From Eledone cirrhosa (Eukaryota), in assembly GCA_964016885.1 (NCBI GenBank), contig OZ024743.1:357988001-358052000 (forward strand): DNA of 64,000 bases, written 5' to 3'. Positions 49,886 through 59,874 of this stretch are shown in pieces; positions within the stretch are counted from its first letter, which is position 1, and each line of letters opens with the position of its first letter. The translations under genes and the position numbers were made by a program. The notes under the pieces are model-generated. The model was not told the DNA's origin. It made no database searches and was given only the letters and a program-made list of their open reading frames with translations.

Positions 49886-52800
49886 ATGACCTCACTCAGA
49901 ATAGGCAGCATAAATGCGCGTGGCTTGGGGTCGTCATGGAAGCAGGGTCACCTGCTCAACGACCTCAGGTCACTAAACATAGATGTAGTGGCCATCAGCG
50001 AGACCAGAATCTCCGAAGCACGGGCCTTCGCACCGATCTTCGGCGGCTACGATGTGTACGCATCTCCCAGCCGTCCTGGATCCGGTGGAGGAGTTGCTGT
50101 ACTTTTTCGGAGAGGTTTGGATCTCGCCATACGGGCCATCTTCCTGGACCCAGAGGGTAAGCTGGTGGTGCTGGACGTGACCAGCGGAGACGGGCAAGCT
50201 TTCAGGCTAGTGGCCGTCTATGCCCCGACAGGAGCAGGGCGGCCTGATTTCTTCCGGCGTCTGGAGACCTTTCTTGGAACGTCCCGCTCTTTAGTGTTAG
50301 TGGGCGACTGGAACGGGATCTTAGATGCACGCTGGGACTGTGTGGGATTAGCGGATAGGGGTGGAGGGTGCAAGAGCCTCACCAACCTGCTCAGGCGTTT
50401 TGAACTGTCTGACAGGTACCGATTGGATTTCCCGAATGTGCCAATGTGGACTTGGACAAACCGCATAGGGTCATCCAGATCATATCTAGATAGAGTATTT
50501 TGTAGGAAATAGATAGGTCTAGCATAGGCTGTCCACAATTCAAGATAGTCAGCTACACGGACCACAAATTCGTGATCTGTGTGCTTGACTTAGATAGGCT
50601 TCATAGACGAGGACCCGGCTACTGGAAGCTAAACGCGTCCTTACCAGCGCGCAAGGCCTACAGAGACCGGATTAGCGAACTAGTTAAGCGGGCGTTGACG
50701 GGGGCCATCGTCAACAACAAGTGGTGGTTTGCTCTGAAAAGAGCGATTAGAATAGAATCGATTAGGTTTAGTAAGGCTTTAGCAATAGAGAAAAATAGAG
50801 CAGAGGGAGAACTAGTTAGAAAATTAGACGAGGCGCTTAGCAAAGGCATTGCGACCGACGTGCTTGCGGCGAATTTGGCCCTTGACCAATTCTTCAATGC
50901 AAAGCACGAAGGCTGCGTTGTCAGAGCAAGGGTGCGTGCTCTCAGACACGAGGGGACGAAAGCCGTTCAATGGGCCCGAGTGGCGGAGGCGCGTCGTGGC
51001 AACAAAGCCACGATCCGGTCTTTGGTGGACCACGACGGGCGCATGCTACTCGATCCCGGGCAAATGTGTGAAGCTTTTCAGCGACACTTCGCTCAGCTGT
51101 TCGGGGGCAGCGGTGGGCCGGGTAGAGGGATGGACTTTAGTGTCTACCTCGACGGACTGCCGCGGCTCTCGGCCACTGAGGCGAGGTGTTGCGAAAAGCC
51201 GATAACAGCCGCTGAAGTAAGGGAGGCAATGACTGGCTGCACAAGGGGTAAATCGCCTGGTTTGGATGGTCTGCCCTATGAACTTTACGTACAGATGCCA
51301 GGCTTGTTCGGAGGCCTCTTGGCGGACGTGTACTGCAACTGGCAACAGAACGGGAGAATTCCCAGTTCTGTGAGCCGAGGAGCGGTGGCACTGCTGAGAA
51401 AGGATCCGAACAAGGGGGATAACATAGACAATTTCCGGCCCATAACTCTGCTAAACACAGAGTTTAAGATTTTGGCCAAGGTGCTAGCAAAGAGGTTGGC
51501 GCTTGTCGTTGGTGGTCTGGTGGGAGAGGCGCAGACATGCGCCATTCCCGACAGATCCATCCACGACAACCTCCACCTCATGCGATACATCGTAGAGAGG
51601 GTAGCTAGGGAACCTGGCACGGGTGGGTCCTTGATCAATTTAGATCAGTCGAAAGCTTTCGATAGGGTCGACCATCGTTACCTAGCGGCAGTCCTGAGGG
51701 CGGCTGGCTTTGGGCCCGTCTTCAGAGGCTGGATCGCTGCCATGCACAGCGACATCTGCTCTGTGGTGAGAGTGAACGGTCACCTGTCGGAACCGTTCAA
51801 CATCATGCGCTCGGTCCGCCAAGGATGTCCCCTCTCGTCCCTCTTGTACGTATTGACGCTCGAGCCATTACTGCACAAACTGGAGACGTTGAGGGGAGTC
51901 CCGCGCGAACTAGGATGCGGAAGATCCGTGTCAGCATATGCGGACGATGTCACCGTAGTGGTGTCGAACGCCAAACACATCGAGGCGATCGGCACTACAC
52001 TAAGAGAATACGAAGCGGTGACAGGAGCAATGATCAACCAGGAAAAGTCAGTGGGCCTGCAGCTCGGCACCTGGAGAGGCAGGTCCATGCCGTCCAACAG
52101 CGTCGTCGGGCGCTGGACGGACGGACCGGTTAAATTGCTAGGGGTCTGGTTCGGTCCGGACCTCCAGACGGACAAAAACTGGGACGAGGTGACGAGCAGG
52201 GTGGCTTCTCTCACCCAGAAATGGGCGGAGAGGAAGCTATCCCTGAAAGGTCGAGCGGAGGTGGCTAACGCGTACATCGCGTCTGTCATCTGCTACCGCC
52301 TAACCGTCGTACCTTGTCCTAAGCCTCGCCTGACTGCGCTGGAGCGTTTGCTCTTTCGCTTTTTGTGGAAGGGACGTGCTCCGATGGTCAGGCGGTCCAT
52401 CTGTTGTCAACACCCGCTACGTGGAGGGCTGGGCATGCCGTGGCTGATGATGCGCAGGCACGCGCTCAGGCTACGACATCTCCACCTCTTCCTCGACGGT
52501 GATCAGGTGTGGTCGCCGTTTGCTAGACGCGTTTTTCCCCAGCTCGTTTCCTTGACGGAGCTGCAGTCCTGGGTCAAGCGAAGACCGAGAGGGAGCGCCT
52601 GGAGACTGGAATGTCTTCAGGCGCTCACAGCCCTCGACCAATCGGGCAATGTGATCGGTGGAAACTCCACCTCGGCGTTCTATAGAGGATTAGTGGAGGG
52701 GAAGAGCGACGACGTACTTGGGGAAACTCTAGGCGTCGACGAAAATCAACTAGCCAATCTCTTCGGAAGAACTTTCGGGCCAGGGCCTATGGACAACTTC

Positions 52801-53304
52801 CAGAAATCTCTGGCCTGGCAGTGCTACCGAGGAGCCTTGCCAGTTCGGGATAAACTCTACAGGCATGGAGGTGCCGTCAGCCGGGCATGTCCGAGATGCG
52901 CGCAGGGCGACGAAACCGTCCTGCACGCACTCGTCCAGTGTCCGAAAATTGCTGACTTGTGGGTTTATGTCGAACACCTGCTGTCGCGTTTAGGACGGAT
53001 CCAGCTATCATCTGAGTCTATCGTGAGGATTGCCCCGCCCTCCTCCTTTAGCCGGGAAGGGCAGGCAGTTTTTATCTGTCTGGTGGCCATGGCGAAAGAG
53101 ATAGTATGGTGGACACGTTTGAAAGGGCTGAAGACGAGCACTTACCTCTTCGGTGATGCTCTGATTGACTTTTTCAAATTTCATTTGAAAAGGAAAATCA
53201 GAGTAGAGAAGGAAGTGCTCTCTTCCCAGCATTTTGTTGAAAGATGGGTGAGAGAAGCAAGAATGGCCCGAGTGAATGGGCCGACTCTGAGTATATATCT
53301 GTAA
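49886..53304 (+). pseudogene. ORF2 with -1 frameshift in the endonuclease domain (or sequencing error)
   Basis: TGTAGGAAATAG at 50501 versus TGTAGGGAAATAG in other copies (TGTAGAGAAATAG in copy 7). Stop at 50510-50512; the remainder is open in another frame to 53304. Confidence 0.75.
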
Positions 53305-53567
53305 ACTAAAGGTGGAAAACTGGGAGAGGGCACTTGCCTTGGTGGTCAGGGTCATTGTGGCTTTTTACTGGGCTTTCTCCACAAATGTCCCTCCGAAGTC
53401 TCCCCCCTATTGGGGAATTTTTTCATTGTTATTTTCATTGTTATTTTTGTTACATCCTCTGTTTTTGTTTTTTTACACGCAGAAATGCCCATTTGTACCG
53501 TCCTGCATTGTCCTGCACTGTCCTTAATGTCTACTTTATGTAAACCCTTGTGGTTAATAAAGAAATC

Positions 53568-53591
53568 ATTATTATTATTATTATTATTATT
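53568..53591 (+). repeat. Junction 9 tract (ATT)8
   Basis: Read directly. Confidence 0.95.
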
Positions 53592-53804
53592 GAATGCCAT
53601 GGTTGACGGAGGCTCGGCTCTGTAAGGTATAGTAATTTTTAACCGTTAAAACAATTGTAAATTGTTTAAAACTTGAACCAAATTGTTGATAAAGACACCC
53701 TCCTCCTCGTGAGAGGGGTCTTTCTGTCCGTTATTTGGCCCTTCGGGGTTAAATAGCCAGTTATTGGGGTTTTGTACCCAAAATTTCATTTTAAACAAAA
53801 AAAC

Positions 53805-55904
53805 ATGGCTACCAAAAAAAAAAAATTTCATACGTCACTCCCACTCATTCCGTCTTCTTCTTCCTCAATCATCACTACAGGAGAGAGAAGATTGTCTCTC
53901 TCCCTCCCTTCTTTAAATGTGTCTCTCTCCCTACCTTCTCTTTCGCAAGCGACGAAAGAAAAGAAAAGTCTCGTGCAAAGCGTGCAAGGTTTCTCCACGA
54001 CGACGACGACAGCGACGAAACAGGTGTGCGGGAAATACGAAAACCCAGTTCATTCGTCTGACGTCAGGAATAATAGCAGTAGCAGCCGTAATAACAACAG
54101 CAACAGTGACAATGAAAACAACAGTAGCAGCCGCAACAGCATCACCAGCAGCATAAACAACAACAGCATTAGCAGCAGCAACACCAACAACAACCACAGC
54201 AACAGCGGCGGAGGCAGTAGTCGTAGTACCTGCAGCAACAACAAAAGTACCAGCAGCTCTGACGACAACAACAACAGCAGAGAAAAACCAATCTCATTTG
54301 CAGGTATTGCGAAAAACCTGGAAACAATCCTCATAACAAATGAGGAATTAGAGGAAGCGAAGAAGATGGTGACAAAGAACGGACACCGAGCAATCTGCAA
54401 GGCAGCGAAAAATTTTTTCGAAACCCAAGAGCACTGTACGGTCACGTACCGTACAGTAAGTACAAAATCCCGTAGGGTGGAAAGAGCCACAGAGGCCCAA
54501 ATACAAAAAGCCTTGGGGTCTGTGTGGCAGAGGAAAACGCACATCACCCGAGGCAAAAAATACGCCACCGTAGACGTACTTTTTGCCACACCCCAGGAGG
54601 CAAAGGCCCAATCAGTAGTGACCCTAAGGAGCGAGGAAATGGTGTTGGTGCCCTCCTACTGCGGGCAAAAAATTGTGAGGGTCAAACTGACCCACGTCCC
54701 TCCCGGAATGACCCCTTCTTGGCTGGCCGCGTCTGTCCTCGTCGGAATCGAGGACAAAACAACTGTACTGCAAGTACAGAAAAAAGTAAGAGAAGATTGG
54801 GTCGGCTCCTCCAGTGAGATGCTAATCCAAACCAACCAGGAGTGCATCGAAGCTATCCCGGATGTGATAGACTTCGATAACGGCACTCAACTGCCCATAA
54901 GTGTTGAGGGCAAACGCCCGAAATGCTTTCGCTGTGGATCGAAGACTCACCTCAGGGCCTTCTGCAACGAGAAGACCATGAGAAAGGAGAAAACCCCCCT
55001 CCTCCCGAATCCGGTTCCACGGCTACCAGCAACAGGACAAGCGGCAACCAGGAATGATAGGTCCGTGGCACCCATACCCACTCCACGGAAATCAAAGACA
55101 GCAGCAGCAGTGGAAATATTAACAACAACAACAGCAATACCAAATGCAGCTGCAACAGAGACTCCAGTGCAAACATCACCAACAACAACAAGTGAAAGAG
55201 TGGAGCTGGTACCCCTCCCCGACCTTACAGAATCAGACATGGAGTGTGAGGTGGGAGAGGGATGGCAAAAGGTCTCAAGAAGGCACAAACGCAGAAGCAG
55301 CGCATCGTCGCCTTTGAAAAGGGAGGAAAGAAATGAGAAAAGGGTAAAGTCTACTGCAAAGAGACCCACAGCAGCAACACCACCAACACCATCACCACCC
55401 ACACCAGCACCACCATCACCACCGGCAACAACCCCACCGCCAACAACACCTTCAACACCACCACCACAAGCACCAACATCGCAAACACAACAACAAAACA
55501 CACACACCCAGCAACAACGACAAGAAAATAGCAGAACCACACCCCACCCCCAGAAAAACAAATGCACGGCAATAAACACACACAACAAGAAACTAATGAC
55601 TTACATAATTGAACACACAGACATTTCACAACAGGACTACATAATACCAGCACCAATCAAAACGCCAACTAACATAAGACTGCTAAAAATAGCACAGAAA
55701 CAATACACAAACATTAAAACGAAATTCCCCAACGCAGTTGGTGATTTCAGGGACCTAGGAGGAACCATTAATCGAAGAGTATATTCAGACATTCTCTTAG
55801 AAGAGCCGACGACCAGCCGAAGGGACGATTCAACGGTCCCTTCACCAGACGATCAAGTGAAAAGGGATGTAAAAACCATCCCTCCTCTACCAAAAGTACG
55901 GTAA
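53805..55904 (+). CDS. ORF1 (699 aa)
   Basis: Near-identical to copy 7 ORF1. Confidence 0.9.
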   Translation: MATKKKKFHTSLPLIPSSSSSIITTGERRLSLSLPSLNVSLSLPSLSQATKEKKSLVQSVQGFSTTTTTATKQVCGKYENPVHSSDVRNNSSSSRNNNSNSDNENNSSSRNSITSSINNNSISSSNTNNNHSNSGGGSSRSTCSNNKSTSSSDDNNNSREKPISFAGIAKNLETILITNEELEEAKKMVTKNGHRAICKAAKNFFETQEHCTVTYRTVSTKSRRVERATEAQIQKALGSVWQRKTHITRGKKYATVDVLFATPQEAKAQSVVTLRSEEMVLVPSYCGQKIVRVKLTHVPPGMTPSWLAASVLVGIEDKTTVLQVQKKVREDWVGSSSEMLIQTNQECIEAIPDVIDFDNGTQLPISVEGKRPKCFRCGSKTHLRAFCNEKTMRKEKTPLLPNPVPRLPATGQAATRNDRSVAPIPTPRKSKTAAAVEILTTTTAIPNAAATETPVQTSPTTTSERVELVPLPDLTESDMECEVGEGWQKVSRRHKRRSSASSPLKREERNEKRVKSTAKRPTAATPPTPSPPTPAPPSPPATTPPPTTPSTPPPQAPTSQTQQQNTHTQQQRQENSRTTPHPQKNKCTAINTHNKKLMTYIIEHTDISQQDYIIPAPIKTPTNIRLLKIAQKQYTNIKTKFPNAVGDFRDLGGTINRRVYSDILLEEPTTSRRDDSTVPSPDDQVKRDVKTIPPLPKVR

Positions 55905-55939
55905 GTGGTCTTTCCCATCTTTTCCACTCTATTTTAAAC

Positions 55940-58900
55940 ATGACCTCACTCAGAATAGGCAGCATAAATGCGCGTGGCTTGGGGTCGTCATGGAAGCAGG
56001 GTCACCTGCTCAACGACCTCAGGTCACTAAACATAGATGTAGTGGCCATCAGCGAGACCAGAATCTCCGAAGCACGGGCCTTCGCACCGATCTTCGGCGG
56101 CTACGATGTGTACGCATCTCCCAGCCGTCCTGGATCCGGTGGAGGAGTTGCTGTGCTTTTTCGGAGAGGTTTGGATCTCGCCATACGGGCCATCTTCCTG
56201 GACCCAGAGGGTAAGCTGGTGGTGCTGGACGTGACCAGCGGAGACGGGCAAGCTTTCAGGCTAGTGGCCGTCTATGCCCCGACAGGAGCAGGGCGGCCTG
56301 ATTTCTTCCGGCGTCTGGAGACCTTTCTTGGAACGTCCCGCTCTTTAGTGTTAGTGGGCGACTGGAACGGGATCTTAGATGCACGCTGGGACTGTGTGGG
56401 ATTAGCGGATAGGGGTGGAGGGTGCAAGAGCCTCACCAACCTGCTCAGGCGTTTTGAACTGTCTGACAGGTACCGATTGGATTTCCCGAATGTGCCAATG
56501 TGGACTTGGACAAACCGCATAGGGTCATCCAGATCATATCTAGATAGAGTATTTTGTAGGGAAATAGATAGGTCTAGCATAGGCTGTCCACAATTCAAGA
56601 TAGTCAGCTACACGGACCACAAATTCGTGACCTGTGTGCTTGACTTAGATAGGCTTCATAGACGAGGACCCGGCTACTGGAAGCTAAACGCGTCCTTACC
56701 AGCGCGCAAGGCCTACAGAGACCGGATTAGCGAACTAGTTAAGCGGGCGTTGACGGGGGCCATCGTCAACAACAAGTGGTGGTTTGCTCTGAAAAGAGCG
56801 ATTAGAATAGAATCGATTAGGTTTAGTAAGGCTTTAGCAATAGAGAAAAATAGAGCAGAGGGAGAACTAGTTAGAAAATTAGACGAGGCGCTTAGCAAAG
56901 GCATTGCGACCGACGTGCTTGCGGCGAAATTGGCCCTTGACCAATTCTTCAATGCAAAGCACGAAGGCTGCGTTGTCAGAGCTAGGGTGCGTGCTCTCAG
57001 ACACGAGGGGACGAAAGCCGTTCAATGGGCCCGAGTGGCGGAGGCGCGTCGTGGCAACAAAGCCACGATCCGGTCTTTGGTGGACCACGACGGGCGCATG
57101 CTACTCGATCCCGGGCAAATGTGTGAAGCTTTTCAGCGACACTTCGCTCAGCTGTTCGGGGGCAGCGGGGGGCCGGGTAGAGGGATGGACTTTAGTGTCT
57201 ACCTCGACGGACTGCCGCGGCTCTCGGCCACTGAGGCGAAGTGTTGCGAAAAGCCGATAACAGCCGCTGAAGTACGGGAGGCAATGACTGGCTGCACAAG
57301 GGGTAAATCGCCTGGTTTGGATGGTCTGCCCTATGAACTTTACGTACAGATGCCAGACTTGTTCGGAGGCCTCTTGGCGGACGTCTACTGCAACTGGCAA
57401 CAGAACGGGAGAATTCCCAGTTCTGTGAGCCGAGGAGCGGTGGCACTGCTGAGAAAGGATCCGAACAAGGGGGATAACATAGACAATTTCCGGCCCATAA
57501 CTCTGCTAAACACAGAGTTTAAGATTTTGGCCAAGGTGCTAGCAAAGAGGTTGGCGCTTGTCGTTGGTGGTCTGGTGGGAGAGGCGCAGACATGCGCCAT
57601 TCCCGACAGATCCATCCACGACAACCTCCACCTCATGCGATACATCGTAGAGAGGGTAGCTAGGGAACCTGGCACGGGTGGGTCCTTGATCAATTTAGAT
57701 CAGTCGAAAGCTTTCGATAGGGTCGACCATCGTTACCTAGCGGCAGTCCTGAGGGCGGCTGGCTTTGGGCCCGTCTTCAGAGGCTGGATCGCTGCCATGC
57801 ACAGCGACATCTGCTCTGTGGTGAGAGTGAACGGTCACCTGTCGGAACCGTTCAACATCATGCGCTCGGTCCGCCAAGGATGTCCCCTCTCGTCCCTCTT
57901 GTACGTATTGACTCTCGAGCCATTACTGCACAAACTGGAGACGTTGAGGGGAGTCCCGCGCGAACTAGGATGCGGAAGATCCGTGTCAGCATATGCGGAC
58001 GATGTCACTGTAGTGGTGTCGAACGCCAAACACATCGAGGCGATCGGCACTACACTAAGAGAATACGAAGCGGTGACAGGAGCAATGATCAACCAGGAAA
58101 AGTCAGTGGGCCTGCAGCTCGGCACCTGGAGAGGCAGGTCCATGCCGTCCAACAGCGTCGTCGGGCGCTGGACGGACGGACCGGTTAAATTGCTAGGGGT
58201 CTGGTTCGGTCCGGACCTCCAGACGGACAAAAACTGGGACGAGGTGACGAGCAGGGTGGCTTCTCTCACCCAGAAATGGGCGGAGAGGAAGCTATCCCTG
58301 AAAGGTCGAGCGGAGGTGGCTAACGCGTACATCGCGTCTGTCATCTGCTACCGCCTAACCGTCGTACCTTGTCCTAAGCCTCGCCTGACTGCGCTGGAGC
58401 GTTTGCTCTTTCGCTTTTTGTGGAAGGGACGTGCTCCGATGGTCAGGCGGTCCATCTGTTGTCAACACCCGCTACGTGGAGGGCTGGGCATGCCGTGGCT
58501 GATGATGCGCAGGCACGCGCTCAGGCTACGACATCTCCACCTCTTCCTCGACGGTGATCAGGTGTGGTCGCCGTTTGCTAGACGCGTTTTTCCCCAGCTC
58601 GTTTCCTTGACGGAGCTGCAGTCCTGGGTCAAGCGAAGACCGAGAGGGAGCGCCTGGAGACTGGAATGTCTTCAGGCGCTCACAGCCCTCGACCAATCGG
58701 GCAATGTGATCGGTGGAAACTCCACCTCGGCGTTCTATAGAGGATTAGTGGAGGGGAAGAGCGACGACGTACTTGGGGAAACTCTAGGCGTCGACGAAAA
58801 TCAACTAGCCAATCTCTTCGGAAGAACCTTCGGGCCAGGGCCTATGGACAACTTCCAGAAATCTCTGGCCTGGCAGTGCTACCGAGGAGCCTTGCCAGTT

Positions 58901-59359
58901 CGGGATAAACTCTACAGGCATGGAGGTGCCGTCAGCCGGGCATGTCCGAGATGCGCGCAGGGCGACGAAACCGTCCTGCACGCACTCGTCCAGTGTCCGA
59001 AAATTGCTGACTTGTGGGTTTATGTCGAACACCTGCTGTCGCGTTTAGGACGGATCCAGCTATCATCTGAGTCTATCGTGAGGATTGCCCCGCCCTCCTC
59101 CTTTAGCCGGGAAGGGCAGGCAGTTTTTATCTGTCTGGTGGCCATGGCGAAAGAGATAGTATGGTGGACACGTTTGAAAGGGCTGAAGACGAGCACTTAC
59201 CTCTTCGGTGATGCTCTGATTGACTTTTTCAAATTTCATTTGAAAAGGAAAATCAGAGTAGAGAAGGAAGTGCTCTCTTCCCAGCATTTTGTTGAAAGAT
59301 GGGTGAGAGAAGCAAGAATGGCCCGAGTGAATGGGCCGACTCTGAGTATATATCTGTAA
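55940..59359 (+). CDS. ORF2 APE-RT-zinc finger (1139 aa)
   Basis: Motifs as in copy 1. Confidence 0.98.
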   Translation: MTSLRIGSINARGLGSSWKQGHLLNDLRSLNIDVVAISETRISEARAFAPIFGGYDVYASPSRPGSGGGVAVLFRRGLDLAIRAIFLDPEGKLVVLDVTSGDGQAFRLVAVYAPTGAGRPDFFRRLETFLGTSRSLVLVGDWNGILDARWDCVGLADRGGGCKSLTNLLRRFELSDRYRLDFPNVPMWTWTNRIGSSRSYLDRVFCREIDRSSIGCPQFKIVSYTDHKFVTCVLDLDRLHRRGPGYWKLNASLPARKAYRDRISELVKRALTGAIVNNKWWFALKRAIRIESIRFSKALAIEKNRAEGELVRKLDEALSKGIATDVLAAKLALDQFFNAKHEGCVVRARVRALRHEGTKAVQWARVAEARRGNKATIRSLVDHDGRMLLDPGQMCEAFQRHFAQLFGGSGGPGRGMDFSVYLDGLPRLSATEAKCCEKPITAAEVREAMTGCTRGKSPGLDGLPYELYVQMPDLFGGLLADVYCNWQQNGRIPSSVSRGAVALLRKDPNKGDNIDNFRPITLLNTEFKILAKVLAKRLALVVGGLVGEAQTCAIPDRSIHDNLHLMRYIVERVAREPGTGGSLINLDQSKAFDRVDHRYLAAVLRAAGFGPVFRGWIAAMHSDICSVVRVNGHLSEPFNIMRSVRQGCPLSSLLYVLTLEPLLHKLETLRGVPRELGCGRSVSAYADDVTVVVSNAKHIEAIGTTLREYEAVTGAMINQEKSVGLQLGTWRGRSMPSNSVVGRWTDGPVKLLGVWFGPDLQTDKNWDEVTSRVASLTQKWAERKLSLKGRAEVANAYIASVICYRLTVVPCPKPRLTALERLLFRFLWKGRAPMVRRSICCQHPLRGGLGMPWLMMRRHALRLRHLHLFLDGDQVWSPFARRVFPQLVSLTELQSWVKRRPRGSAWRLECLQALTALDQSGNVIGGNSTSAFYRGLVEGKSDDVLGETLGVDENQLANLFGRTFGPGPMDNFQKSLAWQCYRGALPVRDKLYRHGGAVSRACPRCAQGDETVLHALVQCPKIADLWVYVEHLLSRLGRIQLSSESIVRIAPPSSFSREGQAVFICLVAMAKEIVWWTRLKGLKTSTYLFGDALIDFFKFHLKRKIRVEKEVLSSQHFVERWVREARMARVNGPTLSIYL

Positions 59360-59622
59360 ACTAAAGGTGGAAAACTGGGAGAGGGCACTTGCCTTGGTGG
59401 TCAGGGTCATTGTGGCTTTTTACTGGGCTTTCTCCACAAATGTCCCTCCGAAGTCTCCCCCCTATTGGGGAATTTTTCATTGTTATTTTCATTGTTATTT
59501 TTGTTACATCCTCTATTTTTGTTTTTTTTACACGCAGAAATGCCCATTTGTACCGTCCTGCATTGTCCTGCACTGTCCTTAATGTCTACTTTATGTAAAC
59601 CCTTGTGGTTAATAAAGAAATC

Positions 59623-59661
59623 ATTATTATTATTATTATTGTTATTATTATTATTATTATT
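59623..59661 (+). repeat. Junction 10 tract (ATT)6 GTT (ATT)6
   Basis: Read directly. Confidence 0.95.
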
Positions 59662-59874
59662 GAATGCCATGGTTGACGGAGGCTCGGCTCTGTAAGGTAT
59701 AGTAATTTTTAACCGTTAAAACAATTGTAAATTGTTTAAAACTTGAACCAAATTGTTGATAAAGACACCCTCCTCCTCGTGAGAGGGGTCTTTCTGTCCG
59801 TTATTTGGCCCTTCGGGGTTAAATAACCAGTTATTGGGGTTTTGTACCCAAAATTTCATTTTAAACAAAAAAAC

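Larger units (their letters stand above)
47544..53591 (+). mobile_element. Tx1/L1-like non-LTR retrotransposon, copy 9 (full length, ORF2 frameshifted)
   Basis: Same organisation as copy 2, with a 1-bp deletion near 50505 in ORF2. Confidence 0.95.
53592..59661 (+). mobile_element. Tx1/L1-like non-LTR retrotransposon, copy 10 (full length)
   Basis: Same organisation as copy 2. Confidence 0.95.
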
